DNA from: Gemmatimonadales bacterium
GTDB taxonomy: Bacteria > Gemmatimonadota > Gemmatimonadetes > Gemmatimonadales > GWC2-71-9
Assembly (NCBI GenBank): GCA_965249575.1
Contig: OZ252244.1
Location: forward strand, 2,752,001 to 2,816,000
Direction: 5' to 3'
DNA length: 64,000 bases
Shown here: positions 40,974-51,140 of the stretch, piece by piece
Layout of the letters: each line of letters begins with the position of its first letter
Position numbering within the stretch: position 1 is the stretch's first letter
The notes under the pieces: generated by a model
What the model was told of the DNA's origin: nothing
Database searches by the model: none
Seen by the model: only the letters and a program-made list of their open reading frames with translations
Position numbers and translations under genes: made by a program

Positions 40974-41152
40974 AGCTACTCTGGCTGTCGCCCTCCCCAG
41001 GTTCTACTTTAGCGATCTCGGCAAAACCGGATAGCGCGTGGCCGATCTGCTCGAACGTCTGAAAGCCGCCCTCGCCGACCGCTACCGTATCGAGCGCGAG
41101 CTCGGTGCGGCGGCATGGCGACCGTCTACCTAGCCCACGACCTCAAGCGCGA
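40974..41152 (+). pseudogene. Kinase upstream repeat (copy 2) plus frameshifted kinase head
   Basis: GTG at 41038: VADLLERLKAALADRYRIERELGA(fs)GMATVYLAHDLKR. Confidence 0.85.
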
Positions 41153-41181
41153 TTCGCAAAGCCCATGGAGAGTAACCGAGA

Positions 41182-41549
41182 ATGATCACCGCCATGAACC
41201 GGATCTATGTGGTGCCGGAATATGCCGAGCAGTTCGAGCAGCGCTTCCGGACACGGGCGCGGCTGGTGGACGGGATGCCCGGGTTTATCTGGAACAAGGT
41301 ACTGCGCCCAGTCAATCCGGGAGCCCCATACATCGTCTTGACGCTGTGGGAATCCCGAGCCGCGTTCGATGCGTGGGTAAAGTCGGACGAGTTCGTGAAG
41401 GGGCATGCACGCTTCCGCAAGAAGCGTTCATGCAGCCGAACCAGCTCGAGTTGCACGAGGTCTTCATGGACTCGAGCCAAGCGGATCTGGAGCCGGAGCC
41501 ACGTGGCAAGCCAGTTGCCTTTCACGGCACGCAGGAGGGCGAGCGCTGA
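41182..41549 (+). pseudogene. Antibiotic-biosynthesis monooxygenase (IsdG/MhuD-like), frameshift near 41410
   Basis: MITAMNRIYV..FEQRFRTR..VDGMPGF..WESRAAFDAWVKSDEFVKGH; tail LPQEAFMQPNQLELHEV in another frame. Confidence 0.8.
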
Positions 41550-41574
41550 GCTGGCAGCGGGTGCGACTTGCCCG

Positions 41575-41611
41575 ATCGTGGTCGAGCGCCTTCTCCGAGG
41601 AGTTGAAGGCG
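41575..41611 (+). repeat. Degenerate kinase C-terminal remnant
   Basis: ATCGTGGTCGAGCGCCTTCTCCGAGGAGTTGAAGGCG, approximately IVVE.FSEELKA. Confidence 0.7.
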
Positions 41612-41669
41612 TATGAACGCGACGCGTGACACCCTGGCGGCGTTAGCTCAGTTTGACCTGGCCGCTCGC

Positions 41670-41789
41670 AATGCAGTGAGCCCAGCACGCTCGCATTGGA
41701 AACTGCCACCGCGAGAGCGCTGCCTTGTACACCGGCATTGGCGCCTGAATGATCGGTAGCTCGATTCCCAGGAGTCGTTGCAGTGTCAT
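41670..41789 (-). pseudogene. Nitronate monooxygenase N-terminal stub
   Basis: MTLQRLLGIELPIIQAPM(fs)AGVQGSALAVAVSNA. Confidence 0.7.
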
Positions 41790-41839
41790 CGTCTGAACTC
41801 CATTTGCCTTCTGACCCCAGCAACACCGAGATAGAGGGG

Positions 41840-43167
41840 GACTGACCGTTGCGGAGCTGGCACAAATCGGGGCGCTGACCGTCATCTCGCGAACATCGGT
41901 CATGCGCTTCAGCGGTACCAATAGATCCGTACCCGAGATCGCCAGCGAATTGAACGTTGATGCGCTCGTGGAGGGCTCAGTCTTCCGAGCGGGAGATCGC
42001 GTGCGCATCACGGCCACGCTCGTTCGTGCTGTGCCGGAGGAGAGGATGTGGGTCCGCACCTATGAGCGGAATTTGCGCGATGTGCTCGCGCTCCACAGCG
42101 AGGTCGCTCGAGGGATCACCCGCGAAATAGAGGCAGAGGTCACTCCCCAGGAAGAGGAGCGGCTTGCAACTACGCAACGCGTCGACCCTGCCGTGCTCGA
42201 GGAATACCTGCAGGGGCGAGCAGAACAGGCAAGAGGTACGGTGGCGGGATTCGAGAGAGCCATTGACTACTATCGGACGACCATCAAGAAGTCTCCGGAC
42301 TTCGCACCCGCCCACGCGGCGATGGCGCTGTCCCTGTATCTTCGAGCTGCCTTCGGCGGGGCGTCGCCGGAGGAGACGGAGCCCGAGGCGAAGGCTGCGG
42401 CCGAGCGAGCGCTGGTCCTGGACGAATCACTGACGGAGGCCCGCGCGGTGCTGGCTGGCGTCGAATCCATGTACGAGTGGGACTGGGTTGGTGCCGAACG
42501 CGAGTACCGACGGGCGATCAGCCTCGATCCAAATTCGGCCATCACCCGCCAGTGGTACGCCTACCATCTCTCCGCCATCGGACAGCACGACGATGCGATC
42601 GCCCAGGCGCGGCGTGGGTTGGAGCTCGATCCGCTCAACCCCAACGCCAGAATCGTTCTGGCGGACCAGTTCATCCATGCACGTCGGTTCGACTTGGCGA
42701 AGGAGGAGTCGCGGAGAGCCCTCGACATGGACCCCCGCATCGAACGCGCCCGGGAGTTGCTCGAGTGGATCGCGACCCGCGAGGAGCGGTTCGACGACGC
42801 CGTGGCGATCCGACGCGAAATCCTCCGCCGGTCCGGTGGAGCCGAGCAGGGCTCTGCACTTGCGGAGTTGGAGAGAGAGTACACTGCCAGTGGACCGAAA
42901 GGGTACTGGTATTGGCATCTGCGACGGCTCGAAGAGGCCGCGGCCAATCGATACGTCAGCCCAACTGCCCTTGCAGCCGTTCACATCGCGCTGGGACAGT
43001 ACGATCAGGCAGTGGAGTGGCTCGAGAAAGCGTATCGGGAAAAGGCGGGCGTTGAGTTCCTCAAGGTTGCACCAGAGTACGATTCCCTACGTTCGGATGC
43101 GCGATTCCAAGCTCTTCTCGGCCGCATGAACTTCCCGTCAGCGGCCCGTACCACGCCGCCGGACTAG
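41840..43167 (+). pseudogene. TolB-like/TPR C-terminal region of a signalling protein, 5'-truncated
   Basis: LAQIGALTVISRTSVMRF..IASELNVDALVEGSV..YEWDWVGAEREYRRAI..LRSDARFQALL. Confidence 0.85.
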
Positions 43168-43779
43168 CCGCCGCGCGCCCGCAACCTAGCGTAGCGCTCC
43201 CACCAGATCATAGGGGGACTGTCACGATCGGCCACGCCCCCGCCGACTCCGAACTCGCGCGACTAGATCGATTCCGGGCCTCACCCTTTCTTACGACTCA
43301 CTAAACCGGGCACCAGTCGAGTGCTGCACCGATATCGAGGTCACGTTCTCCAGCTCGGGGGTGAGAGCAAACTGGAAGCCGTCTTTCGAGACCATCCTCG
43401 ACCTGGTCGAGCCAAACGGATTGAGCCCAGACTACAGCTGCCGGTCCGGCATCTGCCAACCTAGGTGTGTCCGGTGGAAGAAGGGGAGGTGGAGTACGTC
43501 TTAGCGCCCTCGATGCGCCGGATCCGAGCTCGGCGCTGATCTGCTGCTCCCAGCCCAGGACCAACGTGGTGGTGCGTGTGACCGGGGTACGCTACTGGCT
43601 GATGAGCCACAAGACGCGCTTCGAGAGTGACCTTGAAGGGTCGTAATCAAAACGACTAGTCCGCTAATCACAGTTTGCGGCTTGATCGCAAAGGCCTCCG
43701 GGGAAAGCCCGGAGGCCACGCCATCGGCATGCGGCTCTCCCCTCTTTGTTTCCGAATGCCAGCGGCTTGCGATGAGGAT

Positions 43780-44223
43780 TTAGGACATGGCCGTGGCGTA
43801 GCTGCCCGTGCGCTTGCGTAACCACGTGTAGCTGCTGCCGAGGATGGCACCATACACCAGATGCCCCACCAAGCTGGGCAACATCGCCACCGCGGCGGCG
43901 ACATTCCAGTTGACGCCGAGGCCCATCCCCAGAAAGAGCGGCATCAGCGTCAGGGGTCCGAGAATCCACCAAAAGCCACCATACAGAAGACCACTGAACA
44001 GCCCGTTGCTGCTATTGCTCACGAACCGACCCACCACCACGGCGAAACCGGCGCCGATGATGGCACTGTTAATCAAGTGCACGACAAATCCCGTCGTGAC
44101 CGATGGCTGCCCTACCATCTTTCCGATCATGGGCAGCATTCCCATCGTCCCCATCATGGCGCCAAACACGACGCCGCCGGCCAAACCGCCGTAGGCACCT
44201 AGCGCAATGTTCCGTGTGTACAT
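43780..44223 (-). CDS. Hypothetical four-TM membrane protein
   Basis: GGLAGGVVFGAMMG..HLINSAIIG..WWILGPLTLMP..SLVGHLVYG; GGAGG RBS. Confidence 0.75.
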   Translation of the reverse strand: MYTRNIALGAYGGLAGGVVFGAMMGTMGMLPMIGKMVGQPSVTTGFVVHLINSAIIGAGFAVVVGRFVSNSSNGLFSGLLYGGFWWILGPLTLMPLFLGMGLGVNWNVAAAVAMLPSLVGHLVYGAILGSSYTWLRKRTGSYATAMS

Positions 44224-44579
44224 GTTTCGTTTCCTCCATGAGAACGTTTTCTTGCTTTCGGAATCGCGAGATCCCCGGCTCGGCGCTCAACGGCGGCCCT
44301 TGGGGGCTTGCCGTTTGATCCCGGGACCTAATCAAGAGATCCGGCCAACGTACAGGGCAAATCCCTCGTTGCTAGTGAGTGTTCTGGGGCCCCGATTCCT
44401 TACACCGCGGAGTTCGAGGACTGGGGTGGCGGGCCGCCCCCGGCGCGGGTCTGGCTCCTCCGCTCGCCGCGTCTCGTTCGCGTGGATCCGCCTTGGGGGA
44501 ATGGGTGGGACGAACCTAGAGCGGATTTGGTGGAGGGTTCAGTGACTACCTCTCCGACCCAGGCTCGAGGTGGCGCTCG

Positions 44580-45212
44580 TCACACGGTGGAAGGACCTTC
44601 GATGCCCTTTGCTTCCAGGCAGCTTCTGAGGCGGTGACGCGCTCGATGTATCAGCGCTCCCAGGTTGCTGGGCGTGATCCGGAGCATCTCGCAGATCTCG
44701 CTCGTCGTCAGTCCTTCGACCTCCCGTAGCAGGAACGCCTTTCGCTGTTTGGGCGGCGTGAGGTCGAGACAGCTCTCAATCCCTTCCCGGGCCTCTTCGT
44801 TCACGACCGCTGCATCTACGGGCTGGGGACGTCGGACCCAGGCCCCGCTCCGGAAGCGTCCCTCGTAGACTTCGTCGATTTGGTCGATCTCACGCTCCCG
44901 CCTCAACTTGCGGCGGGCCTTTGCGATCTTCTTATACAGGATTCCGAACAGCCACGTCCGAACGTGTGAACGGCCCTCGAATCGCGGCGCCGCCTCGACA
45001 AAGGTTCCGAACGTCGATTGCGTCACGTCCTCAGCGACCTGGGGATCTAAACCGGCCCCCCGAGCCGCACGTCGTATTTGCGATATGTAGGCGCCGGCGA
45101 CTCGCTGGAGCGCGGCGCCGTCCCTCTGCCGGATCTGCGTTGCCAGGTCGGTACCGTCCTCGACGACGTCGGTTGACCGGGCTATCGGGGCTTGCCTCAT
45201 GGTGAACCACAC
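44580..45212 (-). CDS. ECF sigma-70 factor
   Basis: AEDVTQ..FEGRSHVRTWLFGI; FLLREVEGLTTSEIC..HRARHRLR; start uncertain. Confidence 0.88.
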   Translation of the reverse strand: MWFTMRQAPIARSTDVVEDGTDLATQIRQRDGAALQRVAGAYISQIRRAARGAGLDPQVAEDVTQSTFGTFVEAAPRFEGRSHVRTWLFGILYKKIAKARRKLRREREIDQIDEVYEGRFRSGAWVRRPQPVDAAVVNEEAREGIESCLDLTPPKQRKAFLLREVEGLTTSEICEMLRITPSNLGALIHRARHRLRSCLEAKGIEGPSTV

Positions 45213-45396
45213 TCACGTGTAAGAGTTCGTTGGCGTTCGACACTCACTGCATGAGAAACAACTATCGACCCGCGCAAGTTCCGCCCGTGCGGGATCGAAC
45301 CTGCCTACGCCGGTCGCGGACATCCAAGCACGCTCCGCGCTCCCGGTGGTGAGGGGGGGACGGTAGGCTCGCAGCGCTGATGAAAGGACGTGGAAT

Positions 45397-46077
45397 ATGC
45401 CAGAGCTCACACTTCGTGCAGCCGCCAGTTCGTTCGCCGTGGTACTGCTGGCTGGGTGCGCTTCGCTGCAGGTGCGGACGGACTACGACACAGACGCGTC
45501 GTTCGCTCAACTCAGAACGTACAGCTGGATCACATCGCCTGGGCCAGGCGAGGGTGATCCCGTCGTCAACAGCCCGTTGCTGGAGCGGCACATCGAGGGC
45601 ACGGCCGACAGCATACTGACCAGCATGGGTTACAAGAGAATCGACGGCGGAACGCCCGACTTCCGGGTCACGGCCCGCGTGGATGCGGATCGGAAGACGG
45701 CGGTACGATCCTACGGGTACTCCAGTGGGTACGGGTACGGTCCGTACTACCCCCGCGGGTTCGGCCGCTCGAGATTCGGTCTGGGTAGGTACTACGGGTA
45801 CACCGGATTCGGCCTGGGCCGGTACGGGCTCTACGGCGGGGAGCCATACGTCGACGAGTATTTGGAGGGAACCCTCGTGCTGGACATCGTGGATGGCCGC
45901 TCGGGCCACCTCCTCTGGCGCGGCTGGGCCACGAAGAGGCTGGATGCGAGCCCGGAACCGAAGAACGTGCGCGAATATGCTCGGGAGGCAGTTCGCGAGA
46001 TTCTCAAAGAGTTCTCGCCGGCTGGGATACGATCTCCTGAGCTCAAACCTCGGCCCGAGCGCGTTGCGCGCGGCTGA
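45397..46077 (+). CDS. DUF4136 lipoprotein
   Basis: LLAGC lipobox, VRTDYD..TYSW, Gly/Tyr-rich loop, YLEGTLVLDIVD..LLWRG. Confidence 0.88.
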   Translation: MPELTLRAAASSFAVVLLAGCASLQVRTDYDTDASFAQLRTYSWITSPGPGEGDPVVNSPLLERHIEGTADSILTSMGYKRIDGGTPDFRVTARVDADRKTAVRSYGYSSGYGYGPYYPRGFGRSRFGLGRYYGYTGFGLGRYGLYGGEPYVDEYLEGTLVLDIVDGRSGHLLWRGWATKRLDASPEPKNVREYAREAVREILKEFSPAGIRSPELKPRPERVARG

Positions 46078-46164
46078 AGCGAACATGAAGCCTGAGGTGC
46101 GGACGCTGGTGTGGCCCCGAAGCGTAAGAAACTGGAGCCGACGAGCACTCACATAGCGTGAGAC

Positions 46165-46614
46165 ATGAACGGGAAAGGATGGTCAATCATGCCTAGGGCA
46201 CTTGGCGCCGCGGCCATAGTCGCAGCTGCCCTCCTGACTGTGTCGGCAACTCCACGAGCGGTGGCTGCGCAGAACGATCCCGATGTGGCCGTCGACGCGT
46301 TACCGAAGCCCGTGCTGTCGACCACTGTCGAGGTCCAGAACGACAGCTGGAGCGACCTCCGGATCTATGTCGTGAGTGTTGATTCCGGAGCCCGGTATCG
46401 GCTCGGGACCGTTTCAGCTACACGGTCGGGGACGTTCCGCCTGCCGGACGCCTTCCTGACCGCCGGAGACCGGCTGATTCTGGTTGCCGACCCCATCGGC
46501 GGGCCGGAGTTCGTGGCGTCGGAACGGTTCACGATATACCCCGGTGAGCTCATCCGCTGGGATCTCCGGAACGACCCTCGCATGGCGCACCTGCGGGTTT
46601 TCCGGACCGGCTGA
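46165..46614 (+). CDS. Hypothetical secreted protein
   Basis: Signal peptide; VEVQNDSWSDLRIYVV..RLGTV..LVADPIGG. Confidence 0.7.
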   Translation: MNGKGWSIMPRALGAAAIVAAALLTVSATPRAVAAQNDPDVAVDALPKPVLSTTVEVQNDSWSDLRIYVVSVDSGARYRLGTVSATRSGTFRLPDAFLTAGDRLILVADPIGGPEFVASERFTIYPGELIRWDLRNDPRMAHLRVFRTG

Positions 46615-46889
46615 GGCTAGGGCCTCGACTAGATGGTGTGCGGGACATAGGTAGGATCCCAGCTGCACTCCTAGGGCAGCTGGGTTCTCCTTCGTGGAGT
46701 GATTGAAGGCCGCGATGGGGTTCTCGAGGCCCTGGGAACGCCCGATGCACCGAAGGGCCTAGTCGCTGCCGGCATGAACATCTTGGGTCCGCCGTTCCAC
46801 GATGTCGACGAGTGACGCCTCTCCATCCTTACTCCCGTTCCAAGAGCGTTGCGGACACCGTCCCCGCGGCGCCCCAGATCCATGACAGG

Positions 46890-47085
46890 ATCTGGGGGCG
46901 GAGTAAATAGCCGGATCGATGCCCTGCTTTTTCAACCGAGGTGAGAGCGTTGCTGGCTTGATACCGAGGAGTGCCGCGGCGCCATTGGGGCCGAAGACGA
47001 CTCCGCTAGCGCGCTTCAACGCTACGAGGATGTTTTCGCGCTCTCGCCGTCGCATCTCCATCTCCGGGATCACGTCCGATTCCGT
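46890..47085 (-). pseudogene. Fis-type HTH tail of a sigma-54 activator
   Basis: VIPEMEMRRRERENILVALK..GPNGAAALLGIKPATL..RLKKQGI. Confidence 0.75.
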
Positions 47086-47240
47086 TGCCCCCCGTACTCC
47101 CCTCTCCGGTTTCCGGAGAGGCGGATGGCTTCCGGTACTGTGTGATGCCGTAAGAAGAGGGCGAGTCCCGTTGACGAAAATGACCGGGGTGAACTCGCAG
47201 TGGCCGACGCCGCCCCTGGTCTCACTAGCCCAGCTTCTGC

Positions 47241-48095
47241 CTATTTTTTCGGGAGATGCTCCCATAGGCGAGCGAGGCCTTCCAATGGGTCTCTGGGCTG
47301 CTCAAAACCGAGATTCGTACTGACGGCGATCGCGAACCTGTCGTCCGGCTGTATCCAAAGTGCTGACGACCCGTTCCAATCGCTTCCGGCCACCATAGGA
47401 ACGGTCTGACCATCGATGTCCGCCAGCACCCAGCCGTAACTTCTATTTGACAGCTCCCCTGACATCAGCGTGTGTCGTTCGAACATTTGCGAAACCAGCT
47501 CGCCGGGAAGCAACGTCCTGTCCATAAGGGCTCTCGCAAACAGACGAGGTCGAGGGGCGTCGTGAGATAGCCACCTGCCCCAGGTGCCCACGACGGATCG
47601 ACCGGATCAGCGTTGAAGGGCACGCCCACCTGTGTGCTTCGGAGGTGCTTCTGCTGCCACAACCCTATCCAAGCACTCGTATTGGCTTCGGTGCGAATCA
47701 TGTAAGCTCCCGCCCGTCCCGCCGCGACTTCGTAGGAGTTGTCAACTCGTGTATGGTTCATATTGGCAGGCTTGATCACCCGGTCTTGCAGGTAGGTGTG
47801 AAACGGGACGCCTGACGCCCCCTCCACCGCACAAGCCAGAAGCGTGTATCCCGCATTGGAGTACACCGCTCTGGTGCCCGGCTCAGCGACAAGCGAATCC
47901 TCAGCAAATCGCTCCAGGGCGTCCTCGACGGAGGGATAATGCTGGCGATTAAACACGTCTTCAAAGACGGAAGGGCGGAGGCCTCCCTCATGGTGGAGCA
48001 GCCTCCTCGCAGTTACCACCCAGCGTTTCTCGGGGTATACCGAACAGTAGGTCTGTATTGAGGCATCGAGATCGAGCGATCCGTCAACCGCTAGG
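47241..48095 (-). pseudogene. Serine hydrolase, 5'-truncated, frameshift near 47545
   Basis: RLAVDGSLDLDA..LLHHEGG..YSNAGY..GAGGYLTT; C-terminus in a second frame. Confidence 0.8.
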
Positions 48096-48296
48096 CGAAG
48101 AGGGACTCCGACACCGAGTGGAGATCGCATTCAGAGGGTGACACTGACTGGAAAAAATGTCTCGTCCTGCTCATGGTGGATGTGGCGACCAGGACCCAAT
48201 GAGCAGGATGGCGCGCCCCGCCATGGCGACGGCGGGTAATCGCTTCGAGCCTCCGCCAGCGACACACACCTCGCCGCCGGAGCCACCGCGGCTCTG

Positions 48297-48745
48297 CTAG
48301 TAATACCAGCTCAGGCCAAGCTGCGCGTAGCTATCCTTGCGCAAGAAGTACAACGGGTCCTCCAGGTGGGCGTTCGTCCCCGCCCTGATCTCGAAGTCGG
48401 CGGTGAAGCTCTCACCCACTCTCCGGCTCGCCTCCACCAGCCAAGACACCGTGGCCCGATCGACGTCGAGGACTGCGCCTGCGAGAATCGCCGTGCTCTG
48501 CACGTCGTTCAGGGCGAAGCGCCCGGCCATGAAGAGATCGTTGTCGAACACGGACACCGCGACGAGCGGCTGGCTGAAGTCCGACGTCCTCGTGTCGTGG
48601 CTGTATTCGGCGAGGAGGCCGATGTCGAGCCCCGTGTTGCCGACGTTGCCCAGCGTGAATTCGAACCCGGCGGTAAACGCTTGGAAGCGATCTCCCTGGC
48701 CGCTTCGCGTGATCGCTTCGATCTTCCAAGCCAGGGAGAGTTGGC
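48297..48745 (-). pseudogene. C-terminal fragment of an outer-membrane beta-barrel-like protein
   Basis: WKIEAI..GFEFT..DIGLLAEY..FDNDLFMAGRFALND..YAQLGLSWYY. Confidence 0.6.
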
Positions 48746-48790
48746 CGTTCGGTTGCTTCCCATGAGCAAAGAAGCCTGGCGAGGTGCGCA

Positions 48791-48977
48791 TCGGGTGGAA
48801 GACTTAGCGCGGATCTACACGATGGTCGGCGAGTACGAGGCCGCGATCGATCGACTCGAAAGCTTGTTGGCTGTTCCGTCGCCCACCGCCGTTCCGATGC
48901 TCAGAATCGGGCCGACCTGGGAGCCACTGCGCGATCATCCGCGCTTCCAAGCGTTGCTCGCCAAGTACGAGAACTAG
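48791..48977 (+). pseudogene. C-terminal TPR tail of a TolB-like/TPR signalling protein, second copy
   Basis: RVEDLARIYTMVGEYEAAIDRLESLL..PTWEPLRDHPRFQALLAKYEN*. Confidence 0.8.
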
Positions 48978-49143
48978 CAAACGCGTCCCTGCAGGGCGCG
49001 AGTAGACGACGGCTCGTGTTGTGAGCTTTGTTGTGAGTTTCGTGCTACTTCGCATCCGCAAATCAGATTCGGATACGACACCGATGCCCAGAACACCGCG
49101 TGAATGCTACGCTTAGTCGTACCTAACCGAGCTGCGGTGGTGC

Positions 49144-49187
49144 ATGGAGTTCAGGGGGTCGCGGGTTCAAATCCCGCCGTCCCGATT
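49144..49187 (+). repeat. Third copy of the tRNA-Pro 3' portion
   Basis: 44 bp matching 4461-4504 with one G>A change in the anticodon loop. Confidence 0.9.
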
Positions 49188-49192
49188 CACAA

Positions 49193-49226
49193 ACAAGAAG
49201 AGCGGGCGTTTGCCCGCTTTTCTTGT
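49193..49226 (+). terminator. Intrinsic terminator after the tRNA 3' copy
   Basis: ACAAGAAGAGCGGGC-GTTT-GCCCGCTTTTCTTGT hairpin with T run. Confidence 0.7.
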
Positions 49227-49298
49227 CTGTCATCGTGGCGACGGGCTATGCGCTCGCTCCCCGTCGGCGGCCTGCCGCCTCGCGGTCGCACCGCGTCG

Positions 49299-49314
49299 AA
49301 TCCCGCCGTCCCGA
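49299..49314 (+). repeat. Fourth, short copy of the tRNA-Pro 3' end
   Basis: AATCCCGCCGTCCCGA identical to the tRNA terminus. Confidence 0.7.
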
Positions 49315-49454
49315 CTAGCGAAAGTTTATACTAGGCAATAAGATAGAGGGCGGGCGATCTAGCTCAGGGTCGCCCGCTTTCGGCGTTTGTGTGCCAATAG
49401 TGTGCCAAACCCAGAGGATGTGGTTCACCGAGTCCCATCCTTGCTCCTTAGGTT

Positions 49455-49518
49455 TCATCATGATGGCGCGGACGGTTTCTTCGTCGCACGTGCCCCAGGC
49501 TCCTGCGATGCCACACAC
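49455..49518 (-). pseudogene. Asparagine synthase-like Ntn amidotransferase N-terminal stub
   Basis: MCGIAGAWG start with GGAG RBS directly after the ABC gene; truncated after about 20 codons. Confidence 0.7.
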
Positions 49519-49523
49519 GGATA

Positions 49524-51140
49524 CTACTCCTCCTTCTTCAATAATTGTCGGCTCTCCAGGAACTCGCGAGCCACGTCGGCCGGGCGGCGCTTCCGCTCGT
49601 CCACCTCGAAGTTGAGATGCTGCATGGTGGCGTCGTCGACGAGGCCGCCCAACAAGCCGAGCGCTTGGCGCAAAGCCGGATGGGCCTCTAGCACCTCGAT
49701 GCGGACAACCGGCGCCGCCTGATAGGGAGGGAAGAATCCGCGGTCGTCTCGCAGCGGCTGGAGGTCGAACGCCGCGATCCGTCCGTCAGTGGCGAAGGCG
49801 GAGATAGCGTCGACTTCCCTGTTCGCGATGGCCTGATACATGAGCGCCGGATCGAAGTCCCGTACCTCCCGGAAACGAAGCCCATAAGCACGGCGCAGGC
49901 CGGGGTAACCGTCCGGCCGCTCACTGAACTCGGCGGTGAACCCGGCTCGAAGCGTTCCGGCGAGCGGGACCAGATCCGAAATGGTCCGCAGTTCGCGGGA
50001 TGCGGCATCAGACGTTCGGACGGTGATCGCGTACGTGTTGTTGAAACCGAACGGAGGAAGCCATTCTGCCAAGAAACGCTGCCGGTATTCGCGGGCGACG
50101 ATGGCGTGGATTCGATCGGGATCGGCCATAACGTCCTGGTTGAGGATCGTGGTCAGAGCCGTGCCGGTGTACTCGGCATACAAGTCGATCCCTCCACTCG
50201 TGAACGCCCCGTGGGAGATCATCGTCCCACCAAGATTGAAGCGCCGCTCCACCCGCAAATCGGTGCGCGCCTCGATAACCTGGGCCATCAACTCCCCGAG
50301 GATCAGCTGCTCGGTGAAGTTTTTCGTCCCGATCGTTACCGTCCTCCCATCCACTGCAGACGGTCCCCAGGCCGGGTTCGAAGGGGAGGCGCGCGTCGAG
50401 AGGTACGCGAACCCCCCCGTGACGATGAGCGCCACCGGCATCGCGAGCGCGACCGGCCGCAGGAACGGGTCGATTCGTTCTTTGAGCCGGGAGCCTTTCG
50501 GTCGCTTGCGACGCAGTCCCCACTGAAAGGCCGCGATGGAACCGTCGACGATCAGCGCCAGGACCGCGGCGGGAAGGGCTCCCAGCAGGATCAGTCGCGT
50601 GTCCGACAGCGCAAGACCCCGGTTGATGAACTGACCGAGCCCCCCCGCGCCGATGAAGGCCGACAACGTCGCGATCCCAACCCCAACCACCGCGGCCGTG
50701 CGGATACCGGCCACGATCACGGGCGTCGAGAGCGGGATCTCGACCAATCGCAGCCGCTGGCCCGAGGTCATCCCGATCCCGTGGGCGGCCTCCACCACGG
50801 CGGGAGGCACGCCGTTCAAGCCGGTCAGCGTGTTGCGCACGATCGGCAGCAGCGCATACAGGGTGAGGGCAATGATGGCCGGGACCGCGCCGATCTTCTG
50901 CAGCAAGGCCAGGAGAATCGCGAGCATCGCCAGACTGGGGATGGTCTGCAGAATGCCGACGCCACCGGTCAAAGGGCCGCGGAGCCACCAAACTCGGGCC
51001 GCCCAGATGCCAAGCGGGATACCCATGAGTATCGCGATCCCCGTGGACGTGCCGGTCAGGATCAAGTGCTCGCCTGTCCGCACCCAAAGTTCGGGCAGTC
51101 GCTCAGACACGAACGCGATCCACGAGTCCGCGGGCATCAC
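49524..51140 (-). CDS. Osmoprotectant ABC transporter, fused permease and substrate-binding protein
   Basis: QTIPSLA, EAAHGIGM, IGAGGLG; IGTKNFTEQ, YAEYTGT, GFNNTYA, FFPPY. Confidence 0.93.
   Translation of the reverse strand: MMPADSWIAFVSERLPELWVRTGEHLILTGTSTGIAILMGIPLGIWAARVWWLRGPLTGGVGILQTIPSLAMLAILLALLQKIGAVPAIIALTLYALLPIVRNTLTGLNGVPPAVVEAAHGIGMTSGQRLRLVEIPLSTPVIVAGIRTAAVVGVGIATLSAFIGAGGLGQFINRGLALSDTRLILLGALPAAVLALIVDGSIAAFQWGLRRKRPKGSRLKERIDPFLRPVALAMPVALIVTGGFAYLSTRASPSNPAWGPSAVDGRTVTIGTKNFTEQLILGELMAQVIEARTDLRVERRFNLGGTMISHGAFTSGGIDLYAEYTGTALTTILNQDVMADPDRIHAIVAREYRQRFLAEWLPPFGFNNTYAITVRTSDAASRELRTISDLVPLAGTLRAGFTAEFSERPDGYPGLRRAYGLRFREVRDFDPALMYQAIANREVDAISAFATDGRIAAFDLQPLRDDRGFFPPYQAAPVVRIEVLEAHPALRQALGLLGGLVDDATMQHLNFEVDERKRRPADVAREFLESRQLLKKEE

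Noticed and set aside
45710..45850. TACGG-rich low-complexity stretch
   Set aside because: Normal Gly/Tyr-rich loop of DUF4136 lipoproteins
49144..49187. Possible separate tRNA with a GGA anticodon
   Set aside because: No 5' acceptor strand or D arm upstream; it is a mutated copy of the tRNA-Pro 3' portion
40600..49400. Apparent clustering of CTAG near junctions and in intergenic DNA
   Set aside because: Many cases are C plus a TAG stop or fit decay of CCAG/CTGG; needs a proper k-mer count before any target-site claim
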